Positions 1 through 9,253 of a stretch of DNA of 64,000 nt are shown piece by piece; the first letter of the stretch is position 1, and each line of letters begins with the position of its first letter. Under the pieces are notes generated by a model. That model had not been told where the DNA came from. It did no database searches and saw only the letters and a list, made by a program, of their open reading frames with translations. The DNA lies in IMG/VR virus record IMGVR_UViG_3300045988_175328, positions 64,001 through 128,000 of that record. The stretch is one strand, 5' to 3'. The translations under genes were made by a program, and so were the position numbers. Source of the stretch: a virus.

Positions 1-1
1 T

Positions 2-73
2 TTTGAATTCGACGATGAAATTTCAGAAGAAGATATTTTAAATAATATCGAAATCATTAGAAAGGACTTTTAA
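2..73 (+). CDS. 3' end of an upstream CDS (partial at window edge), function unknown
   Basis: Open frame from the window edge (FEFDDEISEEDILNNIEIIRKDF) to TAA at 71-73, directly abutting the next gene. Confidence 0.4.
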   Translation, partial: FEFDDEISEEDILNNIEIIRKDF

Positions 74-74
74 T

Positions 75-776
75 ATGGCAGAAAAAGTCCCTTTTAAATA
101 TACCATTTTTGGTAATCGATTAGAGATTACTCCAGAGAATGGAATTAAACCAGATTCTATTTACGAAATTCGAATAAAAAAAATAGAATCTAAAAATAAA
201 AAGAAGAAATTAAAATATAAGGTATATACAGTTGCCTCAGAACAGAAATCTAATTTTTACACATTTGGCGATGTTAACTATCTCATCAAGGTCTTTGGTG
301 CAGAAGATACGGAAGTTCTTTATGCATTAAAAGAAGCAAGTCGATTTGCTCAGTTTCTACTTGATCAAATTCCAGGATACCAAAATCGAGCAGATCTTCC
401 GTATCTATTGCAACAGTTCTGTAAGTTAAGAGCAACCTTAACTTTAATTAATACAAATGCTGTTACGGCAAGTATGTCTGGTAAGGTATCTGGTAAGATT
501 GGCGACATTAGTTTCTCAGCAGAAGATTCTTCTTCTTCTGGATCTAATTCTTCAAGCAAAGGCGGCGCGCCATCATTATCTGATTTAATTAAAATGGTTA
601 AAGCAGAAATGGATCTATTTGCTAAATTAATTACAGATCCTACTTATATGACAATGGGACGAGCTCGACCTCAAATCGGCAAACGTTCTTACAATGAATG
701 TCCGACAAGACATACGTATCCAACAGACTTATTCGATAACTTATCACGTTCATTAAAATCCCTAAGGAGAACATAA
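75..776 (+). CDS. hypothetical virion-module protein
   Basis: 233-aa ORF, tightly packed with its neighbours. It has a Ser/Gly-rich linker (SSSSGSNSSSKGG). I recognised no family motif. Confidence 0.6.
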   Translation: MAEKVPFKYTIFGNRLEITPENGIKPDSIYEIRIKKIESKNKKKKLKYKVYTVASEQKSNFYTFGDVNYLIKVFGAEDTEVLYALKEASRFAQFLLDQIPGYQNRADLPYLLQQFCKLRATLTLINTNAVTASMSGKVSGKIGDISFSAEDSSSSGSNSSSKGGAPSLSDLIKMVKAEMDLFAKLITDPTYMTMGRARPQIGKRSYNECPTRHTYPTDLFDNLSRSLKSLRRT

Positions 777-778
777 AT

Positions 779-1225
779 TTGTATAATCTCGACGACCGAA
801 TTAGTGGATTAATTAAATTAATGGAAGTTGATATGTGGTTAGTTCAGCCAGATAATAAAAAGAAATGTACTTGCATAGAATACGTTTCTGAACATGGTGA
901 TCCTTGCTGTCCTAATTGTTTAGGGTTTGGTAATAGAATTATCGTGAGAGAGATCCGGGCGCACATGCAACCAAAATCTATTACTGATCATTATGGTGAT
1001 TCTGGCAAGAATATATTAGGATACACTATTTATCTTCGTAATGAGTTTCCAGTTTTTGCTGGAGACATTATTGTATTTAAAGATAAAGTTCTTAAATTAA
1101 CTTATGTAAAAGATTGGTTCTCTAACACAAATGACGTCATTTATTACGAAGCCGAAGCTGTTGAGCTAAAACGACATCCAGAAATATTTTTAAAAAACTT
1201 CTATGCTATCATCGGAGATATTTAA
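779..1225 (+). CDS. hypothetical protein with a Cys cluster (possible zinc-binding)
   Basis: 148-aa ORF with a TTG start 3 nt after the previous stop. Motif C-T-C...CCPNC within 25 residues. Confidence 0.55.
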   Translation: MYNLDDRISGLIKLMEVDMWLVQPDNKKKCTCIEYVSEHGDPCCPNCLGFGNRIIVREIRAHMQPKSITDHYGDSGKNILGYTIYLRNEFPVFAGDIIVFKDKVLKLTYVKDWFSNTNDVIYYEAEAVELKRHPEIFLKNFYAIIGDI

Positions 1226-2203
1226 ATGGTCGGCGATACAATACTAATCATCGGTTCTTCTAAAGAATCAAATAAACGATGTGTTGTCGAACAATATGAT
1301 CGGATTGAAGATGTTATTAAAGACTACGGTAAAGATTCAGATTTTGCTGAGGCCTTTAAGACCATCGTTAAATATCGTGTTGACGATGTGTATCTTGTCA
1401 ACATGAAAACAATCACAGATTTTAAAGATATTCTTCGACAAATAGAACATTCTGAGTTTACGTATATTTGTCCTATCTCGATCATGCTTAGGGATAGCTA
1501 CCAAGATAGTTTTAACTTACTTGAGTCACAATCGTATGTAAACCAGTTATCGCTGGCATGTTATCGAAATGATTCTAGAATTATCATGACAGATAACCAT
1601 GCTAGTTTATATGAAGATATGGATGCATTTAATGCAGACTACCGAGAACAAATTGCTAATTTTGCGACAATAAGAAATAAAAATCGTATTCTTGAAAACG
1701 TAATAGTTGTCGCAAATAATCTTAAAGAAACGAAATACGGTAATATAGTGCTGGCTTCATCGTTATCGATTAGCGAGCCTAACGAGTATCCTTTCATACT
1801 TGAAGATGAAGCTATTTTTCTTTTCGATTTTGCTGATATGTTACCGAATCTTGTGTACTTTAAAAATAATTTTAGAACAGGTGTGACTGTCGAGAATTTA
1901 GTTAATCTATCTTCCGACAATCCCAATAAATCTGTTTTAGTCATGAGGATTATTTCTTTAATTATTAAAGAGTTGCATTTTGAGGAATATATCGGTAAGC
2001 AATTTCGTCCATATTTTTTAACAAAAATAAAAGAAAAAGCAAGAAAAGTATTTGATTCTTTTGTTGGATATCTTATCTATGGATACGATATCGATGATGT
2101 AGAGTATGTTGACGATAAGAGTGGTGCTGTTAATATCGTTATACGATATACTCTTTATCCATTATTTACGATTGAATCATATACTGCAGAAATGAGGCTC
2201 TAA
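1226..2203 (+). CDS. hypothetical structural-module protein
   Basis: 325-aa ORF. Its ATG directly follows the upstream stop, and its own stop overlaps the next start (ATGGAA at 2203). Confidence 0.6.
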   Translation: MVGDTILIIGSSKESNKRCVVEQYDRIEDVIKDYGKDSDFAEAFKTIVKYRVDDVYLVNMKTITDFKDILRQIEHSEFTYICPISIMLRDSYQDSFNLLESQSYVNQLSLACYRNDSRIIMTDNHASLYEDMDAFNADYREQIANFATIRNKNRILENVIVVANNLKETKYGNIVLASSLSISEPNEYPFILEDEAIFLFDFADMLPNLVYFKNNFRTGVTVENLVNLSSDNPNKSVLVMRIISLIIKELHFEEYIGKQFRPYFLTKIKEKARKVFDSFVGYLIYGYDIDDVEYVDDKSGAVNIVIRYTLYPLFTIESYTAEMRL

Positions 2204-2877
2204 TGGAATCATCAGATCTCATATTAAATAAGCTAAAAGAGAAACGTGCGCGATCAAAAGCTGTTCCAGCTACTACACCACAAAAGAAGGAATACTTTGA
2301 AAGATTGCGCGCTAAAAAAAGTATTAGTTTTGACGAGTTTATCGAGACATTGACTAAACTTGTCGAAAAAGCTTTTGTCGAAGATGGAGTTAAGATGAGC
2401 CCAGACGAAGGGGCTATGATTAAAGATAGAGAGCAACAGATTAATCATCCTTACATATTTTTTAAAATTGTAAGTGCTTTCCCTCAAAAAAATCTTAAAC
2501 CGCATCTTGTCGAAGAAAAAATTCGCAAGCCTGAGACAAAAGATGATATGTATCCTGTTAGAGATAATGTTGAAGAAGAAGCTATTGAAACATGGCGACA
2601 TCCTTTTGAATATACAATTCAATTTGATATATTTGCAGCTGACTATAGGACAGCTAATCGAGTATTAAATGAATTTGAATCATTAATGATTGATTATACT
2701 GGGTATTTGAAAGAGAATGGAGTCAGAGAGCTTCTTTACAAAGATCGATTAACAGATGATACTATGGTAGAGTTTCGTGAACGATACTCTATTAGAACTG
2801 TTCGCTACACTTTACTTATCGATAAAATGAATGTGGTAACACGTAAAATTATCGAACGACTATTAAGTTCTGATTAA
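2203..2877 (+). CDS. hypothetical structural-module protein (immediately upstream of the sheath gene)
   Basis: 224-aa ORF whose start overlaps the upstream stop (TAATG). Function is not recognisable from sequence. Confidence 0.6.
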   Translation: MESSDLILNKLKEKRARSKAVPATTPQKKEYFERLRAKKSISFDEFIETLTKLVEKAFVEDGVKMSPDEGAMIKDREQQINHPYIFFKIVSAFPQKNLKPHLVEEKIRKPETKDDMYPVRDNVEEEAIETWRHPFEYTIQFDIFAADYRTANRVLNEFESLMIDYTGYLKENGVRELLYKDRLTDDTMVEFRERYSIRTVRYTLLIDKMNVVTRKIIERLLSSD

Positions 2878-2890
2878 AGGAAATGTAAAA

Positions 2891-5800
2891 GTGTATTCAT
2901 TTAAAAGCGAAATTTTAAAAGATTTACCAGGCATTTTTGTCGAAGTTAACTCTGCTCGTAAAAAGTTATACGACGACAGCCAATTCGGTAAAACAGATGC
3001 TGTATTGTGTATCGGTACTGCTTTTGACGGCCCTAATGGCTTCCCTGTACCAATCTACGATCCATCTTACGCTGTATATACATATGGCGATACTTATGAC
3101 CGCCGCACAAAACGAGAAGTTGACTTAGTTGCAACTATCTCTGACGCATATAATAATGGTTGTCGTACAATTTATGGCTTCCGTATCGGCGGCAAAGAAG
3201 CATATAAAGATTTTGCTTTCCGTGATGACAAAGCGATGTACCTTCGTGTAAAATCTACTTTCCCATCCAATAAAGCAAAACAAGTATACTTCACATTCGA
3301 TAATACTCCTGGTGAAGAAAAAATTACAATCTACAAACCAGTTTCCAAAGCAAGCTTGTATGAAAAATATAATGCATTGATCGACGAAACAACTGAAGTA
3401 ATCAAAGTTGATATCAACCTTGGTTTCTCTGGTGCTGGTTTTAATTCTAATACACAATTAACTGAAGTGTTACGTTATGTAAATCGTCATGTGTTAAATA
3501 ACGTTCTTGTTCTTTCTATCGTAAATGATGAAGGTCAAGATATCACACTTCGTAACGACTCTTATGATTTAGCCCTTGGGTCTTTATTCCCAGGAACTTA
3601 CTTCATTGGTCGTAGTCATTCTTTAGTTCCAATTCGTACTGAAGTTCGTACTCATATCATTAAAGGTGAAAACGCAATTAAACCTTATGATTCTTATGAT
3701 GGCGTATACTTCACTGCATTACGAATCAATACTGATGTATCTTCTCGTTACCCAATTTATGCAGGTTCCGATAAAGAAATGAACGAAGTATTGACTAAAG
3801 TTGGTATTAAAATGTTGTCTCATAACGACTATCTTGAATCTCCAATGCTTTCTAATTTAGCGTTCGCAGAAGACGAAGTCGATTATGAAGAAACAAACAT
3901 GACTAACTTCGAAAAATATGTTCGTCTTGGTTCTGGTTTTGCTATTACAGCAACAGCACATAAACGTACTAACACTAAAGGAGAAGAATTAGTTCCTCGT
4001 GTTAAAGAAACAGTAGCTAAAGATCCTCGTTATGTTGTTGGTATTAAAGATGGTGCATATAGCTTACTTCAAAATGCTGATATGCCTTATCGTGTACTAG
4101 GCGCTCAAATTGCTGCAGATACAGTAATTGGCGGCCGCTTACCAAAACCTAAAGATTTCTTACGTGCATTTGCTCAAGAAGTTTCTGTATTTAATTCTGT
4201 ACAAAATGGAGCTGTTGTTCCTAATACAGAATTAATTTCTATTACTCCTAAAGTAGATAGCATGGATACAAAAACATCTGCTCGTAAATTTAAATTTACA
4301 TTTAATAAAATTAAAGACGTAGAAAAAATTGTTCCATCCGCTATTTTCTCTAATGAAGTATTCACATATGTTCCAGTTGTAGATAATAAAGAAGCTTTAA
4401 TGCTTGACAAAAAAGTTTACAAAACTGGACAAGTATTCTTCATTAAAGATGAACAAAAAGTTGTAACAGTAACTGCTGAAAATAAACTTGAAGAGTTCGT
4501 CTCCAAAAATCAAAAATTCAAACACTTTGTTGCTGGCGACAAAATTATTGAATCTTTTGTATTAGGTGAAGATGTTCACTTTAAAGAAGTGGCAGATTTA
4601 TCTGGATTACAATATGATACAGACACTACAGGTATTTTAAAAGACGTTGATTCTACTGCAGGTTTATATTATGTAACTCGTGCAGCAGCTGCAACAGGAA
4701 CACCTATCAATGCAAAATATGTATTGATGACTGTAAATGGTGTATTAACTGTTGCGTCCTATGAAGATGGCAAAGTAACTCCTATCGGTAACTATGACAT
4801 CATCATGGATAAAGATACTCGTGATGATAAAGTAATCGCTTACATCGAAAACTTCGATAACGTAGAAAATAAAGTTGCAATCAGTGTTACTGATTATAAC
4901 TATCGTACATTATCTGAATTTGTAAGCGACTTAAAAGAAAATAAAACATTCTCTCGTTTATTTGATATCAAATTAACAGATAATGGCGTCATTGAAAAAG
5001 ATACTTTAATCGAAGATATCTTAGAACCAGTATTGAAAGATACAGAATTAGTATTGGGCGAGCTTCCTGCTCATAAAGTAATTGATTACGATTACTCTTT
5101 ACGTATTCCTTACCGTACTTCTGATAACTTTGCTCGCCAATTGGCACAACATTGTTTGAATACAGAAATGCGTACAGCTCATACTCATGGCCTTATCGGC
5201 GCAGAACGTATCTCTGATTATACATTATCTGGTGTTGCTCAAAAAGTTGAAGCATTAAAAACATTGTCTTTAGGCTTAAACTTAAAACGTGAAAACGGTC
5301 GAGCAGTTATCGATGATGACGGAATGCCAGTAAACATTGGTGGATCCATTTCCATGGTGTTCATGCAAAACAATGTACCAGTATTTAATTCTACATATTC
5401 TTATGTAGGTAATGGTGGTTCTGCATATGCTGGTTTAGTATCTGCATTAGATGTAGAACAATCCCCAACTAACCAAAAATTAAAAGCAACTCCATTGTTT
5501 GATTTAACAACGGCACAATTATCCGACTTAACAGCTCGCGGCATAGTAACAGCTAAAAATACATATACTCGTGGATATGTAATTACTGATGGTTGCACTA
5601 TGGCTGATAGCTCTGATCCTATGTCTCGTTTAAATACAGTTCGTATTATCGATGCTGTAGAACGAGTAATTCGTGAAGTTTGTGAACCATTCATTGGTAA
5701 ACAAAATAAAATTTCCGTACGTAATGCTATTCAAACTGGATTAACTTCTCGTTTGAATGAATTGAAAGGCAAATTATTGTACGATTATACATTCGATATT

Positions 5801-5926
5801 GTTAATGACGTAGAAGTGTTACAATACACTTACATCGATATCAACTATGTAATCATGCCGTACAACGAAATTCGTCAAATCAATAACTACATTCAAGTAC
5901 GTCAACCGGGCGCAATCGCTCATTAA
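2891..5926 (+). CDS. contractile tail sheath protein (large, 1011 aa)
   Basis: GTG start after AAAGGAAATG. The C-terminal ~150 aa (GYVITDGCTMADSSDPMSRLNTVRIIDAVERVIREVCEPFIGKQN ... INYVIMPYNEIRQINNYIQV) has the pattern of sheath C-terminal domains. The gene is followed by a terminator and the tube-like gene, which is the canonical sheath-tube order. Confidence 0.75.
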   Translation: MYSFKSEILKDLPGIFVEVNSARKKLYDDSQFGKTDAVLCIGTAFDGPNGFPVPIYDPSYAVYTYGDTYDRRTKREVDLVATISDAYNNGCRTIYGFRIGGKEAYKDFAFRDDKAMYLRVKSTFPSNKAKQVYFTFDNTPGEEKITIYKPVSKASLYEKYNALIDETTEVIKVDINLGFSGAGFNSNTQLTEVLRYVNRHVLNNVLVLSIVNDEGQDITLRNDSYDLALGSLFPGTYFIGRSHSLVPIRTEVRTHIIKGENAIKPYDSYDGVYFTALRINTDVSSRYPIYAGSDKEMNEVLTKVGIKMLSHNDYLESPMLSNLAFAEDEVDYEETNMTNFEKYVRLGSGFAITATAHKRTNTKGEELVPRVKETVAKDPRYVVGIKDGAYSLLQNADMPYRVLGAQIAADTVIGGRLPKPKDFLRAFAQEVSVFNSVQNGAVVPNTELISITPKVDSMDTKTSARKFKFTFNKIKDVEKIVPSAIFSNEVFTYVPVVDNKEALMLDKKVYKTGQVFFIKDEQKVVTVTAENKLEEFVSKNQKFKHFVAGDKIIESFVLGEDVHFKEVADLSGLQYDTDTTGILKDVDSTAGLYYVTRAAAATGTPINAKYVLMTVNGVLTVASYEDGKVTPIGNYDIIMDKDTRDDKVIAYIENFDNVENKVAISVTDYNYRTLSEFVSDLKENKTFSRLFDIKLTDNGVIEKDTLIEDILEPVLKDTELVLGELPAHKVIDYDYSLRIPYRTSDNFARQLAQHCLNTEMRTAHTHGLIGAERISDYTLSGVAQKVEALKTLSLGLNLKRENGRAVIDDDGMPVNIGGSISMVFMQNNVPVFNSTYSYVGNGGSAYAGLVSALDVEQSPTNQKLKATPLFDLTTAQLSDLTARGIVTAKNTYTRGYVITDGCTMADSSDPMSRLNTVRIIDAVERVIREVCEPFIGKQNKISVRNAIQTGLTSRLNELKGKLLYDYTFDIVNDVEVLQYTYIDINYVIMPYNEIRQINNYIQVRQPGAIAH

Positions 5927-5941
5927 TTAAATAAATGAAAG

Positions 5942-5972
5942 ATAGGAGCTCGTAATCGGGCTCCTATTATTT
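5942..5972 (+). terminator. rho-independent terminator after the sheath gene
   Basis: Stem ATAGGAGC / GCTCCTAT with a short loop, followed by TTATTT. Confidence 0.6.
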
Positions 5973-6003
5973 CCATTCTTGTTAAGAGAAGTAAAGGATA
6001 TAA

Positions 6004-6474
6004 ATGGAATTAGGTATCAATTTTAGATATGATAGCAAAAGGCGTGCGGCACTTATCTTAGTTTTTGATCGAGAGAGACTATTGCTTAAAGCAATTAGTG
6101 TTTTAAGAAAAAAACTACAGATTCCTTATCGAGAACTCGGAAAAACTAAAGATGGATTATTTTATGTTAAATATAAAGGAATGCTCGCTGCTTATATATA
6201 CTGGTGGATACATCGTATATTTAAAGCAGAATCTGCTAAAGAACACTATCCTTTATTTAAAGAAATATTCCTTCAAGATTTCGAGGGAGAATTGCCATAC
6301 GAAGAACTTCTTGCTTTAACTAATTCAGTCGAAACAGATGAACAAATAACGATCGGTGTTCCATCTGACTCGACGCTAACATGGTGTAAACGTATCCAGA
6401 GATGGCTACCGTTTAAAACTAGAATAGCATCGAGAACAGGAAAGAAAAAAGAGTATTTCCTGCTTTTAAAATAA
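6004..6474 (+). CDS. free-standing, N-terminally shorter paralog of the intron ORF at 6883 (degenerate LAGLIDADG-like endonuclease or maturase?)
   Basis: 156 aa. It aligns to the 6883-7497 product: AALILVFDRERLLLKAISVLRKKL vs SLLILDLVYHSKDVLESIKKIFKEKL; AAYIYWWIH vs AKIIFWWLYH; LPFKTRIASRTGKKKEYFLL vs LSFKTQPVTHTKGKRKHYQLY. It lacks the first ~35 aa of the paralog. Confidence 0.5.
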   Translation: MELGINFRYDSKRRAALILVFDRERLLLKAISVLRKKLQIPYRELGKTKDGLFYVKYKGMLAAYIYWWIHRIFKAESAKEHYPLFKEIFLQDFEGELPYEELLALTNSVETDEQITIGVPSDSTLTWCKRIQRWLPFKTRIASRTGKKKEYFLLLK

Positions 6475-6528
6475 ATATTTGTTTTAAAGGAGAGCGGCTC
6501 CTAACAGTCGCTAAATTAAACTAGACAT

Positions 6529-6686
6529 ATGGCATATCAAAATGACACTAGTGTAACAAGTGCATCTCAATACACTCGTTCTTACACTACTTTCTCTGGC
6601 TGTGATATCGTTGCAACTTTCGGATCCGAAGTTGTAGCTGAAGTACAAGGTATTACAGTTTCTATCAACCGTGAGAAAGCTCCGGT
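6529..6686 (+). CDS. tail tube-like protein, exon 1 of 4
   Basis: MAYQNDTSVTSASQYTRSYTTFSGCDIVATFGSEVVAEVQGITVSINREKAPV aligns to the N-terminus of the uninterrupted paralog at 11429 (SKYTRTYNSYSGCDIVAS...HQEKTPV). The frame hits a stop 4 codons past 6686. The exon end CTCCGGT pairs with an internal guide at 6727-6733. Confidence 0.7.
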
Positions 6687-7529
6687 CAACAAACATTTTT
6701 GATATATGCTGAATCAAAACCTATAGGCCGGAGTAAAACTTTGCTAAAATCGGTGAAAGAGCACTAACACCGAGGATAAGAATATGATATAATAATATTG
6801 TGTTCAATGTCCGTAGAGACTTGAGACACTATTCTCTTAATGATGTATCCATTCCCAGCTAGGGAAATAACGGAGGTTTTTAATGAATGAAGTACTTGCT
6901 TGGTATTTAGGACTTAGTTACCAAGAAGATCAGTATCCAAGAAGTGTTGCCAGTGATTTACATAGTTATTTTATTCGCGGATTAGTTGAACAACTTAATC
7001 CATTTTATTATCGTGAAAAACGATCACTACTTATTTTGGATCTCGTATATCATTCAAAAGATGTTTTAGAATCGATAAAGAAAATTTTCAAAGAAAAATT
7101 ATTAATCGATTCTAAAGTTAAAGAGCTCGATAATAAATATATTTTAAATGTTTCTGGAAAGAATGCTAAAATTATTTTCTGGTGGTTATATCATGAAGAT
7201 TTTAGTACAAGTTATTCAGAAGAAATAGTAAATATATTAACAGATAAAGAAATAACTGATTTAAATAATATGAGCGACGACGATTCCTTACTTGAATTAA
7301 TCGGCGCTTATTATTCTGAAGATAATCATATTTCTTTTAATTGTCCTTATTATGAATCATTAGATCTAGCTAAAAAAGTAAGAAATTTACTTTCGTTTAA
7401 AACACAACCAGTGACTCATACAAAAGGAAAAAGAAAACATTATCAGCTTTATATTCCAAAAAACCAATCATTAATACGCAAAGCATCGAATGAGTAATCA
7501 TTCGTAAAGATATAGTCCACTTAATTGGG
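6687..7529 (+). ncRNA. group I intron 1 of the tube gene (ORF-containing)
   Basis: P1: exon CTCCGGT (6680-6686) pairs with GCCGGAG (6727-6733), with a U-G wobble at T6686. P10: TATAG (6722-6726) pairs with TTATA (7530-7534). AAGATATAGTC (7507-7517) matches the group I J8/7-P7 consensus seen in Tetrahymena and phage introns. The last nucleotide, G7529, is a candidate omega-G. Removal keeps the reading frame (GT + T = Val). Confidence 0.65.
6883..7497 (+). CDS. intron-encoded protein, degenerate double-motif LAGLIDADG-like (homing endonuclease or maturase?)
   Basis: 204 aa with a GGAGG RBS. Two LAGLIDADG-like helices: AWYLGLSYQED and LLELIGAYYSEDNHISF. It sits in a peripheral loop of intron 1. 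TGATATAAT (6785-6793) upstream looks like an extended -10. Confidence 0.5.
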   Translation: MNEVLAWYLGLSYQEDQYPRSVASDLHSYFIRGLVEQLNPFYYREKRSLLILDLVYHSKDVLESIKKIFKEKLLIDSKVKELDNKYILNVSGKNAKIIFWWLYHEDFSTSYSEEIVNILTDKEITDLNNMSDDDSLLELIGAYYSEDNHISFNCPYYESLDLAKKVRNLLSFKTQPVTHTKGKRKHYQLYIPKNQSLIRKASNE

Positions 7530-7572
7530 TTATACATTTGGTTCAGCTGAGCCTCGTTCTATCTCGAGAGGT
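7530..7572 (+). CDS. tail tube-like protein, 43-nt micro-exon 2 of 4
   Basis: Encodes (V)YTFGSAEPRSISRG. This fills exactly the gap between exon 1 and exon 3 relative to both paralogs (RAIGNVNAITYVDG in the 11429 ORF; FGYNSYIFDEMALG in the 14787 ORF). It is flanked by a predicted 3' splice site (after G7529) and a 5' splice site (after U7572). Confidence 0.65.
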
Positions 7573-7678
7573 AATAATAACTCTTTTGCTTCTCCTTTGC
7601 AGTAATGCAACGCATAATTAAACTCTGTGATTAAATGTGCTATACATACTTACAACTTAAGTCATGAGTAAGTAGCAC

Positions 7679-8070
7679 GTATAGTCCACATATCTGGTAA
7701 CAGGTATGTGCCAAGTGGTAACACTCGGAGATTCACTGAATTGCTGGAAAGTCCTAAAGCTTGAATAACTACAACATAATATCGTACAAGTACGATATAA
7801 GCGTGAATGTTGCGAAAGCAGAAAAAATATTCAAGATGGTATATGGTTAAATCCTAAGTACTGTAGCAATGGACAATCAGCAGCCAAGCCCGTAAGGGAA
7901 GGTTCAACGACTATCCTGAGAAGGAGTAGGGCTCAAGCGAGTGGGTGAAAATCCCTTAAATCGAAGTAGTGAAGGTCCTTTAGAAAAGGATTAAGATATA
8001 GTCTGTGCTTTATCGAAAGATAAAGGTGCGCGCAGTGGCGCCGGCTAAGAGTAGCGATCTTAGTTGAACG
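7679..8070 (+). ncRNA. group I (IA2, phage-type) ribozyme core A
   Basis: GTATAGTCCA guide-like element, then two GTAA-tetraloop hairpins (7689-7712, 7713-7730). P4 TTGCTGG (7741-7747) pairs with CAGCA. CAGCAGCCAAGCCC resembles Tetrahymena P4'-P6. P7 GACTA (7909-7913) pairs with TAGTC inside AAGATATAGTC (7993-8003). P9 hairpin CTTTATCgaaaGATAAAG. Long identical blocks are shared with the introns at 10552 and 38331. Confidence 0.75.
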
Positions 8071-8104
8071 AACAACTCTCATATAAACCCTACGGTTTTA
8101 TATA

Positions 8105-8133
8105 TTGAAATTAACCTCCTAAAGTACTATAAT
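8105..8133 (+). promoter_or_regulatory. sigma-A/sigma-70 type promoter for tnpB, inside the intron
   Basis: TTGAAA (8105-8110), 17-nt spacer, TATAAT (8128-8133). AAAGGAGGTG RBS at 8151-8160 and GTG start at 8165. Confidence 0.6.
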
Positions 8134-8164
8134 AATAGTATATAGTTACGAAAGGAGGTGCCTC

Positions 8165-9253
8165 GTGAATAAAAGTTTTAAAGTAGAAATTTATCCAGAT
8201 CAAGATCAGGAAATTTTAATTGAGAAAACATTTGGCTGCGTAAGATATACTTACAATTTTATGTTAAATTTAAAACAACTTCTGTATAAAGAATTTGGAA
8301 TATCAATAACTTTAAATAGGATATCCAAAGTTCTTACGATGCTAAAAAAACTTAAGCCATGGCTTGCAGAAGTTGATAAATGTGCATTGCAATATGTTCT
8401 CAAAGATCTTTTTTTTGGATATGAAAAATTCTTTAATGGCGGAGGATTTCCTGAATTTAAAACTAAACGAGGGAAGAATTCTTATCGTACAAATAGTCGT
8501 TTACATTTAGATCAAGATAAAAAGATGATTAAGATCCCTAAAGTCGGCTGGATTAAGTTTAGAGATAAAAGTAAATTTATTGGTCTTAAAAAGATTTACA
8601 ATATCACTATTTCTAAAAGTGCTAGTGGAAAATATTTTGCCAGTATTTCAGCCGAAGTCGAAATCGAAGCTTTGCCTAAAACCAAAGTAAACTGCGGTAT
8701 CGACTTAGGATTAAAAGATTTTTGTATCTTGAACGATGGAACAGTATTTGAGAATCCTAAATTTTTGGCAAGTAAAGAAAAACGACTCAAAAGGTTACAA
8801 AAGTCTTTAAATCGAAAGAAACTAGGATCTAAGAATTATTTTAAAGTTAAAGCTAAAATAGTTAGACTTCATGAATATATAGCAAATTGTCGAAAAGATT
8901 ATCTGCACAAAATATCTATATTCTTAGTTAGAACTTATGATATTATTTGTGTTGAAACTCTAAAAGTTAAGAATATGCTTAAGAATCATAAGTTAGCTAA
9001 AGCTATTATTGACGTTAGTTGGTATGAATTTTGTCGACAGTTAGAATATAAATGTTTATGGTATGGAAAGAAATTTGTACAGATTGGGACTTATTTCGCA
9101 TCATCACAAACATGCTCTAATTGTGGCTTCAAGAATATAGAAGTTAAGAATCTTGATGTTCGAGAATGGAATTGTCCAGAATGTGGAGTTCATCACGATC
9201 GAGATATTAACGCAGCTATAAATATTCTCAACGAAGGCTTAAAATTAGCTTAA
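8165..9253 (+). CDS. tnpB: TnpB (IS200/IS605-family OrfB RNA-guided endonuclease); no tnpA present
   Basis: 362 aa. Ruv[12 protein letters not shown], Ruv[14 protein letters not shown], zinc ribbon CSNCGF...CPECG, Ruv[15 protein letters not shown]. All three catalytic acidic residues appear intact. Confidence 0.9.
   Translation: MNKSFKVEIYPDQDQEILIEKTFGCVRYTYNFMLNLKQLLYKEFGISITLNRISKVLTMLKKLKPWLAEVDKCALQYVLKDLFFGYEKFFNGGGFPEFKTKRGKNSYRTNSRLHLDQDKKMIKIPKVGWIKFRDKSKFIGLKKIYNITISKSASGKYFASISAEVEIEALPKTKVNCGIDLGLKDFCILNDGTVFENPKFLASKEKRLKRLQKSLNRKKLGSKNYFKVKAKIVRLHEYIANCRKDYLHKISIFLVRTYDIICVETLKVKNMLKNHKLAKAIIDVSWYEFCRQLEYKCLWYGKKFVQIGTYFASSQTCSNCGFKNIEVKNLDVREWNCPECGVHHDRDINAAINILNEGLKLA

Noticed and set aside
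6511-6717. Minus-strand 68-aa ORF
   Set aside because: It is antisense to exon 1 of the tube gene. It has no RBS, and the + strand has clear paralog homology.
8081-8103. Hairpin ATATAAAccctacggTTTTATAT as a terminator ending the ribozyme transcript
   Set aside because: It is ambiguous. It abuts the -35 box of the tnpB promoter, and it could equally be a transposon-end hairpin. I did not call it as a feature.
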